Origin: a virus
Lineage: Duplodnaviria; Caudoviricetes
IMG/VR virus record: IMGVR_UViG_3300036767_001238
Location: 1 to 58,881 of that record
Length of the DNA stretch: 58,881 nt
Strand: one strand, 5' to 3'
The notes beneath the pieces are model-generated. The model saw nothing but the letters and a program-made list of their open reading frames with translations. It made no database searches and had not been told where the DNA came from. Made by a program: the position numbers and the translations under genes. Positions 9,206 to 18,239 of this stretch are shown here, one piece after another (within the stretch, counting starts at the first letter, position 1; every line of letters begins with the position of its first letter).

Positions 9206-9435
9206 TTTTCGCCCTCCCCTGAGATGGGCTGGCCCGACGTTCTGAAGCAGTGGGTGTCGAGCAACAGCACGGTGACACCGTCAGCCTCGGCGGCGGCACG
9301 AATTCGGTCATGACTAATGACAGCCGCGTCCTCGCATGCGGCAAAGGTGCGCATCACCCCCGGATAGAGATCAGACCCGCAGGCCAGAGCCTCGCCAATC
9401 GATATGCACGCGGAAACGATCAAGACCCACATCAC
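9202..9435 (-). CDS. Small Cys-rich, probably exported protein in the lysis cassette
   Basis: Hydrophobic N-terminus, 4 Cys, overlaps both neighbours by 4 nt. Confidence 0.6.
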   Translation of the reverse strand: MMWVLIVSACISIGEALACGSDLYPGVMRTFAACEDAAVISHDRIRAAAEADGVTVLLLDTHCFRTSGQPISGEGEK

Positions 9436-10364
9436 GGGGTCTTCCCGCTGCGATGATCTTCAATCCGGGCATTGCGGGCTTTCAGGGCGTAGAAGATAAC
9501 GCCAATGAACACAGCCACCCCGACCCAGGGCAATGCCGCTTGTACGGCGTCCGTCAGCCCAACCAGATCCAGCACCCGCTCCGCGGTATCACGCGCTTCT
9601 TCTGCCTGAGTCAGCACCGGTGCAATCTGCGCGGCCACAGAACCTGCAGCACCCAGGACGCCAAGCCCCACCTGGGCATTCGCCGCCGTGACAATGCGAC
9701 TGCCTTCTGGCACGCCCGCGGCCCGTTCCGGCGCGACCGGCCGCGGCCCCGCCGTCGTCAGTGCCTTCGTCAGTGCCACATCGATGATCGGCACAAGTGG
9801 CATCCCATGGTCATCGCGAAACGCCAGGATCGCCGCGCGGGTGCGAGGCCCGACCTGACCATCAACCTGGCCCACCTCGTGATAGCCAAGCGCTTTGAGG
9901 CGTGCCTGTACTTCACGCACCGAGAGCGTCACGGCTGGCGCCACATTGCCCGCGCGCCGCACCCCGAGCAGCCGCGATTTCGCATAGCGCTGGATATTGA
10001 CGGCATCGGACTGGTTGCCGCCCAGAACCTCAATCATGGAGCCTGCCGCCTTCACGAAGAATCCGACATGGCCCTGCCAGGCTTTCGAGCTCCGCGAAAA
10101 GACGACGATGTCGCCTGTCTGCGCATCCGCCAGATCAACGGGAATGCCCCACTGGAGATAGGACCGCGCGTTAAGGCGTCGAGTGGAGCTCAACCCAGCC
10201 TTTTCCAAGCAGTGGCCCACGAAAGCCGCACACCAGGCGACAGAGTCATGTTCCACCCAGTCATGTCCAACCGAGGCATACATATCCATAATGGCGGGAT
10301 TGTCTTCAGGCCCCAGGCCCTCGGTGGTGCCGATGTAGGATTGGGCGATTTCAAAAGGGGTCAT
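9432..10364 (-). CDS. Endolysin: TIGR02594 (NlpC/CHAP-like) domain, PG-binding domain and C-terminal hydrophobic helices
   Basis: WCAAFV, GHVGF, GGNQSD; VQARLKALGY...VDGQVGPRTRAAI peptidoglycan-binding motif. Confidence 0.88.
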   Translation of the reverse strand: MTPFEIAQSYIGTTEGLGPEDNPAIMDMYASVGHDWVEHDSVAWCAAFVGHCLEKAGLSSTRRLNARSYLQWGIPVDLADAQTGDIVVFSRSSKAWQGHVGFFVKAAGSMIEVLGGNQSDAVNIQRYAKSRLLGVRRAGNVAPAVTLSVREVQARLKALGYHEVGQVDGQVGPRTRAAILAFRDDHGMPLVPIIDVALTKALTTAGPRPVAPERAAGVPEGSRIVTAANAQVGLGVLGAAGSVAAQIAPVLTQAEEARDTAERVLDLVGLTDAVQAALPWVGVAVFIGVIFYALKARNARIEDHRSGKTP

Positions 10365-10378
10365 GCGAGCCTCCTTGC

Positions 10379-10409
10379 AAAAGAAAACGCCGCCCCCGAG
10401 GACGGCGTG
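10379..10409 (-). terminator. Intrinsic terminator-like hairpin between holin and endolysin
   Basis: Minus strand acgccgtcc tcgg gggcggcgt then tttctttt. Confidence 0.5.
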
Positions 10410-10437
10410 TGATCAGGCGATCGATGTTGGGCGGGTG

Positions 10438-10749
10438 CTATTTCTTGCAACCGATCCAGGCGCAGAGCAGGCTTTCGGCGCCACGGGGCCCGAGATAGGC
10501 GAGCGTGGCGACAAACCCGGTTGAGACCGGCTGGGTCAGACCGATGTAATTTGCCGCGGCATCACCGATCAGCGCCATGCCCACGGCGACAGGAATTTCC
10601 CACAGGAGTTCCTTGCCGAAGAAGCGGCGGTTGCCGAGTTTCACCTCGCCGGAATGCCACATGAGCCGGCCGGTGAAGGCACCGATCAGGGTGGTGATGG
10701 CCCCGCCAAAGAGGTGGTTGATGGTTTCGATAAAACTGTTGTCCGGCAT
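10438..10749 (-). CDS. Phage holin (LydA-like family)
   Basis: 103 aa with 2-3 TM segments, AYLGPRG motif, upstream of the endolysin. Confidence 0.8.
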   Translation of the reverse strand: MPDNSFIETINHLFGGAITTLIGAFTGRLMWHSGEVKLGNRRFFGKELLWEIPVAVGMALIGDAAANYIGLTQPVSTGFVATLAYLGPRGAESLLCAWIGCKK

Positions 10750-10767
10750 CTCCCTGCCTCCTTGGTC

Positions 10768-11853
10768 TCAGAACGGCCCGGTTGCATCCGGATCGATGAT
10801 GGGCGGCACATTCGAGCTTGGCGCCGCCGGTGCGGTGGTCTCCGCCCGCACATCTGTGCCTGCGCCTTGGCTTGGCTGTTTCAGCTCCAAGGTGGTGACA
10901 AAGCCGCCCGCGCGCGTCAGCGTGTGGGTCACCGCTTCAATGCGATAGGACCCATCGACACCGGGCCGTGTGCCAGACACAAGGCACAGCCCATCGGGCA
11001 TCGCCGCCGTATTGCCCTCGATGACCACTGTGCCTTCACCTGCATCTCGAGCCGTCGTGGCGGCATCGCTCTCACCCTGCTGGGTGGTTTCCAACTCGCC
11101 CGCCCGGGCGAAGCGATCTGCGTAGATGCATAGAACATCGACGCCTGTTTCGCGCTCGACAACCTGCCAAGCCCCGGCCGCCACATCATACCAGCGCCCA
11201 CGGACCGCCCCGAACTGTGGGCGACCGAGGCTAGGGGCAATGTCCCAGCTTTGCAGATTCTGACCCCAAGTGGCGGCAATGGCCGTCGCGTAATCGGCGT
11301 TACGTTTTGAGAGCACAATCCGCCCGCCGGTGACGCGGAAATTGCCACCGATTTCACGAGCGAGCCGCTCGCCCATGGCGATCAGGCTTTCGTCGCGCAT
11401 CTCGAAATAGCCGCGGGTGAGATTACGCAGCGCCGGATCGATCTCGATCTGCGTGATGCCCGCATGCACCGCCGCCTCGCGCAGGATCGTTTCCACCGTC
11501 GCCCCATCCCAATGGCGCTGCTGGCCTTCTTTGGCCCGGCCTGTCGTATCCATGCCTTTTGCCGTGATGCGGAGACGTCGGCCAGAACTGCGGGTGCCGG
11601 AGGATTTCACCTCATCGACCGTGCCCTCGAAAACGACACGCAGCCCCTCGCTCTCCCAGCCAAGCGCAATCGACACGAGCGCGCCGATCTGGGGCAGAAC
11701 TATGCGCCCATCGGTATCATCAATCTCCAAATCCGCGCTGTCAGTATGGGTGCCCACCTTGTCCGAGACCTGCAAACCCAAAAGGACCGGCATTAGCGTC
11801 GTGGTGATATTCGAGCCCGCAACGGTCACGTTGAATAGCGCATGCTTTGACAT
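10768..11853 (-). CDS. Phage late control D / baseplate hub (P2 gpD-like)
   Basis: VSDKVGTHTDSADLEIDD...LGW...GTVDEV; follows gpX and gpU. Confidence 0.9.
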   Translation of the reverse strand: MSKHALFNVTVAGSNITTTLMPVLLGLQVSDKVGTHTDSADLEIDDTDGRIVLPQIGALVSIALGWESEGLRVVFEGTVDEVKSSGTRSSGRRLRITAKGMDTTGRAKEGQQRHWDGATVETILREAAVHAGITQIEIDPALRNLTRGYFEMRDESLIAMGERLAREIGGNFRVTGGRIVLSKRNADYATAIAATWGQNLQSWDIAPSLGRPQFGAVRGRWYDVAAGAWQVVERETGVDVLCIYADRFARAGELETTQQGESDAATTARDAGEGTVVIEGNTAAMPDGLCLVSGTRPGVDGSYRIEAVTHTLTRAGGFVTTLELKQPSQGAGTDVRAETTAPAAPSSNVPPIIDPDATGPF

Positions 11854-11865
11854 GATCCACCTGCC

Positions 11866-12093
11866 TCACCAAAGCCGGATCGGATCCAGAACCTGCTGCT
11901 CCCGCGGGATCGGTATCGGCATCTCGAAGCTTGTGCCCACCGGCAGGGTCTGGCCCAGATCGGCAAGCCCCGGGTTCAGATCGTAGATCGCCTCCACGAG
12001 CCCCAGCATTGGCCGTTTGAACCTGCGCCAAACGAGGGTCGCAACAGTTAGCCCTTCGCCTTCCACGGTCACGGTTTCGATCACCTGGTCCAT
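11866..12093 (-). CDS. Tail protein X (P2 gpX-like)
   Basis: VEAIYDLNPGLADLGQTLPVGT...IRLW. Confidence 0.9.
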   Translation of the reverse strand: MDQVIETVTVEGEGLTVATLVWRRFKRPMLGLVEAIYDLNPGLADLGQTLPVGTSFEMPIPIPREQQVLDPIRLW

Positions 12094-12512
12094 AGGAGCA
12101 CATCTGCCAGAAGAGAGAAGAAGGACCCCGCGCTTGGCGCACTGGCCCGTTTCACCGTGATGTCGACATCGATCACTTTGCCGACGCCATTGCGGCCCAG
12201 ATAGGAGGCGCGCTCGGTCACCGAGAGGATATTGACCCAGCCCATCAAGGCCCCATCGCCCCGCATCATATATTGCGGCCGTCCCGAGGCGCGGGCTTGC
12301 GACAAAAGCGTCAGCTGACCCATGCCACCAAACTTTTCTGGATAGAGCCGCGCCTTGATCGTCCAGCTTTCCGGGCCTTCGCCGACATATTCAAGGATGG
12401 GTCGCGCGCCGAGCACGGGCTTTTCGGCAAAGCTGGCCTCCGTGCCGTGGCTATAGCCATCGGTGTTGAAGGGCAGGATTTCGAACTGGACCGGACCAAG
12501 CATCATCAGCAT
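12081..12512 (-). CDS. Tail protein (P2 gpU-like)
   Basis: MMLGPVQF...LEYVGEG; lies between tape measure and gpX. Confidence 0.88.
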   Translation of the reverse strand: MLMMLGPVQFEILPFNTDGYSHGTEASFAEKPVLGARPILEYVGEGPESWTIKARLYPEKFGGMGQLTLLSQARASGRPQYMMRGDGALMGWVNILSVTERASYLGRNGVGKVIDVDITVKRASAPSAGSFFSLLADVLLWTR

Positions 12513-14950
12513 CAGGCAAACCTCAGCCCGGTATCGGCATAGACCCCACGAAACGCTTCGCGGATCTGGTCCCGTAGTTGGCGGGTGATTTCCGCGGCAA
12601 GCTGCTGCGGGTCCGCCGTCGCGCCCGTGATGGTGATCGGCGCATTGACCGAGACCTCCACCGGCCCCGTACCGCCCATACTGCCTGTCGGGTTCACATA
12701 GCCATTGCGATTGGCCGTAATGAGCTCCGGCCCACGCTCGCCCACCAGATAAGTGCCACCGCGCGAGATGGGCCCACCGGCGGCCCGGGTGCCATCAATA
12801 CCGGAGAATTCATCGACAGCCACGGCTGGGGATTCATCCCCACCGCCAAGCCAGGCCGGCATCGACGGCCAGCGGATTATGTTCGAAAGGTCAATATTGC
12901 CGATCGCATCGACAATGCGGCTTGGGATGCCCCGGATCCAGGCGATCAGCTCTTCGAACTTGGCGACCATGCCATCCCAAAGCGCCTGGATTGCCTCAAG
13001 CCCCTTGTCGTAGAGCCCGGTAACCAGCCCCGCAAAACCGTCAATGATCCGGCCGGTCAGATTGGACGCGTTTTGCGCAATGCGGGCCTGCTCTTCTTCT
13101 GAGAGTACCTCTTGCTCAAAAAGCCCGGAGCTGAAGAACCCGGTGATTGCGTCGACCGCCGCCCCGAGGGCTGATCCCAACCCCGAGAAAGCGCCCGAGA
13201 TGGCATCAGTGATCGGCGTCAGAAAGCTGAGCTTTTCGCCGAGCCAGTCGAGCGGGCCCTGCAAGCGCTCAGAGATCGCTTGGCCGACGCCAGAAAGCGT
13301 GGCCGTGATCCGGTCCCAATAGCGGTAAATCGTGAAGCCTGCCGCAGCAACGGCTGCCGCCACCGCTGCAAAAGTCGCCCAAACCGGCGCCGAAATCGTC
13401 GCCACCGCCGTCCCGATCGCGGCAATGCCAGAGGACAGCGCCCCAACACCCGGGACCGCCAGCGCAATGCCGGTCAGGCCCGCACGAAGCCGCCCCAGCG
13501 TCCCGAGGGGCTGTCCACCCATCGCCGCCAAGGCCGACTGCAGCCCGATCATTTCCGTGGCAGCGGTTCGCGCGCCAATGGCTGCGCGTCCGATGGTGTT
13601 GTAACCCGCCGCAATCATCGACAGCAGACCGCCGCGGCCAAAGAGCCCTGCGAATTGCAGCGCCGACATCGCGCCTTTGAAGGCGATGACCGCCGCAGTG
13701 GCGCCCACCACCGCGAGTGTCACCTCCGGATAGGCGGCCGCCAATTCCGAGATCCGCAGGATCAGCGGGGTGATCGCCTCTGCCAGCGAGGTGATCGCCG
13801 GCATCAGCGCATTGCCAATCGTGACCTGCAGTTCGGTCAGCACGTTATGGAACCGCTGCATATTGGCCTGGAAGGTGTTGTTGCGCGCCTCGAACTCGGC
13901 AAAGGCGGAGCCCGCGTAATTGGCGCGATCGCCCACCATCCCAAGCGTGTCTTCGACAAGGCCGAGGTTGGTTAGGAGCGGCCCCAGGGCCCTGGCTTCA
14001 TTGCCAAAGAGCTGGCTCGAAATTGCGGCCTGTTGTTCACGCGGGATCTGGCTGATGCGGCGCAGCACATCAAGCGTCGTGCCCACCGCGTCTTCCTGCA
14101 TGCGCCGTGCGACAGCTTCTGCATCAAGCCCAAGCTCTTGAAACGCCTCCCGTTGTGCGCGCGTCGCCGCCGAGCCGCGGGTCAAGGCCGCCCCCATGTT
14201 CCGGAAACTCGTCGCCGCCACCTCACTTTGTGCGCCTGCGGCGAGCATTGCGGAGGCAAAGGCCGAGGTCTCTTCGGCAGAAAACCCGAAGAGCGTCGCC
14301 TGCGCCCCAACGCGGCGGACCACATCAAGAATATCAGCCGCACTCGAGGCCTGACTGTTGGAAAGATGGTTCATGGCATCCGCCAGAGAAACCGTCTCAT
14401 CGATCGTGAGCCCCAGGGCCGTCATCAGGTTCGCCATAGAGGCGCCGGCCTGATCAGCGCTGATGTCGAACGCCACCCCGATCCGCGCGGCAGCATCGGT
14501 GAAGCGAACTAGGTCTTGCCCCGCAATGCCTGCCTGTCCGGCCGCGGCGGCAATTTCAGCCAGGCCCGTCACCGCAATAGGAATGTCGCGCGACAGAGCA
14601 AAGAGATCCTGCTGGAACTGACTGAAGCCCTCGGGTGTCGGAAAATCCACCACCTTGCGCACATCCGCCATGGCGCTTTCAAATTCTGACGCCGCGGCAA
14701 TCGGACCACCGATGGCTTCGCGCAGCGCATAGAAGCTGGCGGCCGCATCGACCAGCCCACCCCGTGCAGTGGCCAGCGCGCGATTGTTGCGCGTGATCGC
14801 AGCGTTCAACCGGTCGCCGAAGGTCATCGGCAGACCGTTGTTTTCTCGGATGCGGGTGGAAATGCCGGCGAGCGCACTGGCCGCTTGGCGCGCAGGGCTC
14901 GTCACGCGATCGAGCAGCTCGATCACCAGCTGGGAGGTCAGCGTTGCCAA
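12512..14950 (-). CDS. Tail tape measure protein (TP901-family core)
   Basis: FESAMADVRKVVDF, EVAATSFRNM, LFGNEA, YLVGERGPE; TTG start. Confidence 0.95.
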   Translation of the reverse strand: MATLTSQLVIELLDRVTSPARQAASALAGISTRIRENNGLPMTFGDRLNAAITRNNRALATARGGLVDAAASFYALREAIGGPIAAASEFESAMADVRKVVDFPTPEGFSQFQQDLFALSRDIPIAVTGLAEIAAAAGQAGIAGQDLVRFTDAAARIGVAFDISADQAGASMANLMTALGLTIDETVSLADAMNHLSNSQASSAADILDVVRRVGAQATLFGFSAEETSAFASAMLAAGAQSEVAATSFRNMGAALTRGSAATRAQREAFQELGLDAEAVARRMQEDAVGTTLDVLRRISQIPREQQAAISSQLFGNEARALGPLLTNLGLVEDTLGMVGDRANYAGSAFAEFEARNNTFQANMQRFHNVLTELQVTIGNALMPAITSLAEAITPLILRISELAAAYPEVTLAVVGATAAVIAFKGAMSALQFAGLFGRGGLLSMIAAGYNTIGRAAIGARTAATEMIGLQSALAAMGGQPLGTLGRLRAGLTGIALAVPGVGALSSGIAAIGTAVATISAPVWATFAAVAAAVAAAGFTIYRYWDRITATLSGVGQAISERLQGPLDWLGEKLSFLTPITDAISGAFSGLGSALGAAVDAITGFFSSGLFEQEVLSEEEQARIAQNASNLTGRIIDGFAGLVTGLYDKGLEAIQALWDGMVAKFEELIAWIRGIPSRIVDAIGNIDLSNIIRWPSMPAWLGGGDESPAVAVDEFSGIDGTRAAGGPISRGGTYLVGERGPELITANRNGYVNPTGSMGGTGPVEVSVNAPITITGATADPQQLAAEITRQLRDQIREAFRGVYADTGLRFA

Positions 14951-14960
14951 GGGGTCAGGC

Positions 14961-15119
14961 TCACTTCAGTATTGCGGCGCGCGCCAGGCGACGGGCCTCG
15001 GCATGCCAAAGCACCAGCTCCGGCCAGTCCATGTCCATCAGATCCGTGATCGGCGTGTTCAACCAGTGGGCGGTTTCGGCTGTGACAGCGCGCCAGTCGC
15101 AGATGCCGTGCCCTTTGGG
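14961..15119 (-). CDS. gpE'-like C-terminal extension of the tail assembly chaperone, read in the -1 frame
   Basis: -1 frame reads ...DWRAVTAETAHWLNTPITDLMDMDWPELVLWHAEARRLARAAILK*; slippery heptamers at 15113-15125. Confidence 0.75.
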   Translation of the reverse strand, partial: PKGHGICDWRAVTAETAHWLNTPITDLMDMDWPELVLWHAEARRLARAAILK

Positions 15120-15376
15120 AAAAAACCGGCGATCACCTCGGAGATCGCGGTAAAATCATCTGTGTCCATCTCCTCGATCGCTTCTCGCGGCAGATCGGTC
15201 AGAACAGCAGCCATGATGATGCCCTGTTCCAACTGATCCTCGATCCCGGCCAAGGCATCCTGCAGGGTCTTGAGATCCTTCACTTTCGGCTTCTTGACGC
15301 TGACCTCGGTGAGGGTCTGATCGCCCAAGGCGATCGGCACCGAAAGCGGCAGTCGTTTATTGTGATGCTGTGCCAT
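15059..15376 (-). CDS. Tail assembly chaperone (P2 gpE / Mu gp41-like)
   Basis: KPKVKDL...IEEMDTDDF; between tube and tape measure genes. Confidence 0.88.
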   Translation of the reverse strand: MAQHHNKRLPLSVPIALGDQTLTEVSVKKPKVKDLKTLQDALAGIEDQLEQGIIMAAVLTDLPREAIEEMDTDDFTAISEVIAGFFPKGTASATGALSQPKPPTG

Positions 15377-15384
15377 GGGCCCTC

Positions 15385-15921
15385 TCAAAATCCGTTGGGA
15401 ATGCGCAGGATGTTGCGTTCATCGGCATTCTGGGAGGTGCCATCCACGCGCCAATCGGCGGTGAAAAAGTCCCAGTAGAGTTTCTCGACCCCGCCAAAAT
15501 GCAGCTCGTAATGCAGGATTTCCGAGATCGAATAGTCAAAGCCCTGCATTTCACCGCGTTGGAAGGCCTCGGGGTTTGCCGCCCCAAGCCGGCCTTCGAG
15601 CACGGCTTTCGCCTCGATAGCCTCGCCCGTGCGTTTTGAGCGGATCGAGCCATAGGCTGTGAATTTCTTGCGCGAGGCAGCCCCCAGCCCGAACTGGGTC
15701 AAGAGGTCCGGGTCCCAGCCCGCCAGCTTGAAGCTGGCCTCCAGTTTCTGGATACCGACGGCCACTTCGATCTGCACGCGTGACCCGCCGGGGTGATAAT
15801 CCTGAAAGCTTTCCTGCAGATTGGGCAGCTGCAACTCGGTCAGCGTCAGGTGTTTCGAGGCCGTCGGGTCCTCATCGCCGCAAAAAAGGTTTGCGGCTTC
15901 CATGATGTAGATGTTGCTCAT
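15385..15921 (-). CDS. Major tail tube protein (P2 FII-like)
   Basis: 178 aa directly after the sheath gene; LTELQLP...KLEASFKL. Confidence 0.9.
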   Translation of the reverse strand: MSNIYIMEAANLFCGDEDPTASKHLTLTELQLPNLQESFQDYHPGGSRVQIEVAVGIQKLEASFKLAGWDPDLLTQFGLGAASRKKFTAYGSIRSKRTGEAIEAKAVLEGRLGAANPEAFQRGEMQGFDYSISEILHYELHFGGVEKLYWDFFTADWRVDGTSQNADERNILRIPNGF

Positions 15922-15932
15922 GCTGTGTTCCC

Positions 15933-17180
15933 TCAGCCGGTGATGGTGCCGACCTGCGCAAGCAGATCATCGAGCAGCGCGTCCAGCGCAGGGCGATAGC
16001 GGGCAGATTGAATGCCAAGATACCGCAGCACCGGCGCCTCCTCGGCCGCAAAGCTCACGGTGAACCGGCCTTGGCGCAGTTCCTCGGGCGTGTTCTGATC
16101 GCGGGTGAACTTCAACTCGAAGCCGAGGATGTCGCCATCGGCCTTGAGGTTCCGCAGCCCCGTTTCCATGGTGTTCAGGATCGCCTGAATGGTTTGGCCG
16201 GTGACGTTGAAGCGGCCAAGATAGAACCGCAGGGTCCGGAGCAGCATCAGATGAATGAAGTCCCTCCCGCGGGTGACGTTGTAAAACCGCCAGAGATCAT
16301 CTTCTCCGGCATTGTCGGTGCCAACAAAGATGAACCCACCCTGACCGATGGCGCTTTCGACGCCCATTTCACCGCGCAGGATCACGCCGATATTGGCCGA
16401 CAAGAGCCGCTGGCCCTCGGTCGCGCCGTCCGTCAGCGAGAAGTTAATCGGGCGCGATGGTCCCACAATCCCCTGCACGGGCTGGTTGGCCCAGGAGTGG
16501 AAAGGTCGGCCCTGCTTTTCGTGATCACGACGCACGCCAATGCCGATGATGGCGGGCGATGCGGGTTGAACCACACTCACGCCCTCGGCGTAGACCTTCA
16601 CTGCCGGATCGACCGGAATGAGGCGAGACGAGGAAATGGTCTCGCGCCAGTCGATGGCGTCTTGCTCTGTCGTGGCCGGGCCGTCGACCACCGCATGGGC
16701 CAAGAGCTTCTCGCAGATGGGCGGCAGCGCGGCGCAAACCGGGTTCGCCTCAGCCCCGGTGCGCTGGCTGGTGAATCCCGGCGCGCAAAGGAGCCGCGGG
16801 ATCATGCCAATCTCGGGGCCGGAGCGTAGAAAAGCCGAAAGCCCCGTCAGCGCGCCGTCGCCCACGACATTGGCAATCGTCGCCGCGGGATCGGCGCCCT
16901 CTTCGACGCGAACCAGGACCACTTTGGCCGCGACCTGGAATTCGCCAAGCTGCGCGTTGAGCAGAACCAGCGCGTCTTTCAGCGTACCTGCGTCCCCGAG
17001 CGCGGTCAGCTTGGCCGCATCGTCGGAATAGAGAAACACCGGTGTATCGGCGGGAAAGACCGATGCATCCGCATCCGGTGCGGTGCCGATAACGCCGACC
17101 ACCGACATATCGCTCCAGACCGGTGGGCGAGGCTCATTGTCGATCCGTGTGATCGAAATCCCGAAAGTCGGGTCGGACAT
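15933..17180 (-). CDS. Contractile tail sheath protein (P2 FI-like)
   Basis: VIGTAPDAD...FP.DTPV, PRLLCAPGF, NTPEELRQG. Confidence 0.95.
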   Translation of the reverse strand: MSDPTFGISITRIDNEPRPPVWSDMSVVGVIGTAPDADASVFPADTPVFLYSDDAAKLTALGDAGTLKDALVLLNAQLGEFQVAAKVVLVRVEEGADPAATIANVVGDGALTGLSAFLRSGPEIGMIPRLLCAPGFTSQRTGAEANPVCAALPPICEKLLAHAVVDGPATTEQDAIDWRETISSSRLIPVDPAVKVYAEGVSVVQPASPAIIGIGVRRDHEKQGRPFHSWANQPVQGIVGPSRPINFSLTDGATEGQRLLSANIGVILRGEMGVESAIGQGGFIFVGTDNAGEDDLWRFYNVTRGRDFIHLMLLRTLRFYLGRFNVTGQTIQAILNTMETGLRNLKADGDILGFELKFTRDQNTPEELRQGRFTVSFAAEEAPVLRYLGIQSARYRPALDALLDDLLAQVGTITG

Positions 17181-17220
17181 GGCTGTCCCTCCTTGAATTT
17201 ATCAGGGCAAAAGGTGCCGG

Positions 17221-18027
17221 TCAGTAAGACCCGCCATCCACCGTGGCGATTTGGGCCTGCAACCCATCGAGCGTGCTTTGCAGATTTGAAACCTGGGCAA
17301 TCGTGTGCCCGTGGCTGCTGGCCGCCTTACTCGCGAGCTGAGCCGTGAGCGTCGGGATATCGCCGATCCCAAGCGCCACTGAGCCGGTTTGCCCATTCAC
17401 CGATGACACTGGTCCGTTTGCCAGAACGCTTTCAGCGACGGCCGCTGCATCGGCGGCATCTTGCGCCGCCTGTTGGGCCAGGAGCAACGTGTTGGCCACA
17501 TTGGCGGCCGCCTCAATCAGCGATGAGGCAAGGCCAGCGCTCGCGGAAATCACCCAGTCTTCATGCTGGGCTGCGCCGATGTTGCCATGAATGGCGACAA
17601 CCTCCCCTGCGAGCCCGCCGTTTTCGCGGGCATAAGCGGCCACCCGAAACACTGCCCAGTCGTTCAAGCTGTCCGTGCCGCCGCGGGAGATCACCACATA
17701 GGGCGTAGGCGCAAAAAGCGCGCGCGCCGGCGTGTCATTGATCTCAAAGGTGGTCTCGAGCCCGAGTGTAAGAGTCAGCGGCGTCGCTGAGGTAGCCACC
17801 AGAAACCCATTTTCTGCCGCGGCCGATGCTGTGGCCAGTGCGGGCCCGAGGACCTCATTCACCCGGGTCAGACCAAGCGTGACCAGATTGTCGGTCGCCG
17901 TGCCGATCTGGGCAAGCTGCGTATTCAGTTCCGCGAGGCTTTCCGCGATTAGTCGATAGCGGCGGTTGAAGAAATCTCGGTCGAGATCCTGATTGTCGCG
18001 CACGCGCAGATCTTCAAACCTCAGCAT
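17221..18027 (-). CDS. Tail/baseplate fibre-attachment protein
   Basis: VSSVNGQTGSV and HGHTIAQVSNLQ fibre motifs; ends VDGGSY. Confidence 0.7.
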   Translation of the reverse strand: MLRFEDLRVRDNQDLDRDFFNRRYRLIAESLAELNTQLAQIGTATDNLVTLGLTRVNEVLGPALATASAAAENGFLVATSATPLTLTLGLETTFEINDTPARALFAPTPYVVISRGGTDSLNDWAVFRVAAYARENGGLAGEVVAIHGNIGAAQHEDWVISASAGLASSLIEAAANVANTLLLAQQAAQDAADAAAVAESVLANGPVSSVNGQTGSVALGIGDIPTLTAQLASKAASSHGHTIAQVSNLQSTLDGLQAQIATVDGGSY

Positions 18028-18031
18028 GGCG

Positions 18032-18202
18032 TCAGCCTTTCTTCAGTAGTTCGGATGTCGCGATGGCCTCGGGATGATCTGCCGATAAACTGTCGAAGAT
18101 TGCCGCCGTGACGGTATAGCGCGCGCCCGGCCGAAACCGGGCGCCGGCAAATTCAAGGGGACGGTTCACCGTCACCCGGTAATGGGTCGGTTTGGAGGCC
18201 AT
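18032..18202 (-). CDS. Small hypothetical protein (56 aa)
   Basis: MASKPTHYRVTVNRPLEFAGARFRPGARYTV...; AAGGA RBS; fills the operon gap; below the ORF-track cutoff. Confidence 0.6.
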   Translation of the reverse strand: MASKPTHYRVTVNRPLEFAGARFRPGARYTVTAAIFDSLSADHPEAIATSELLKKG

Positions 18203-18239
18203 GGGTTGATTTTCCTTGTGTGGATTTGGGCGAACCAGA

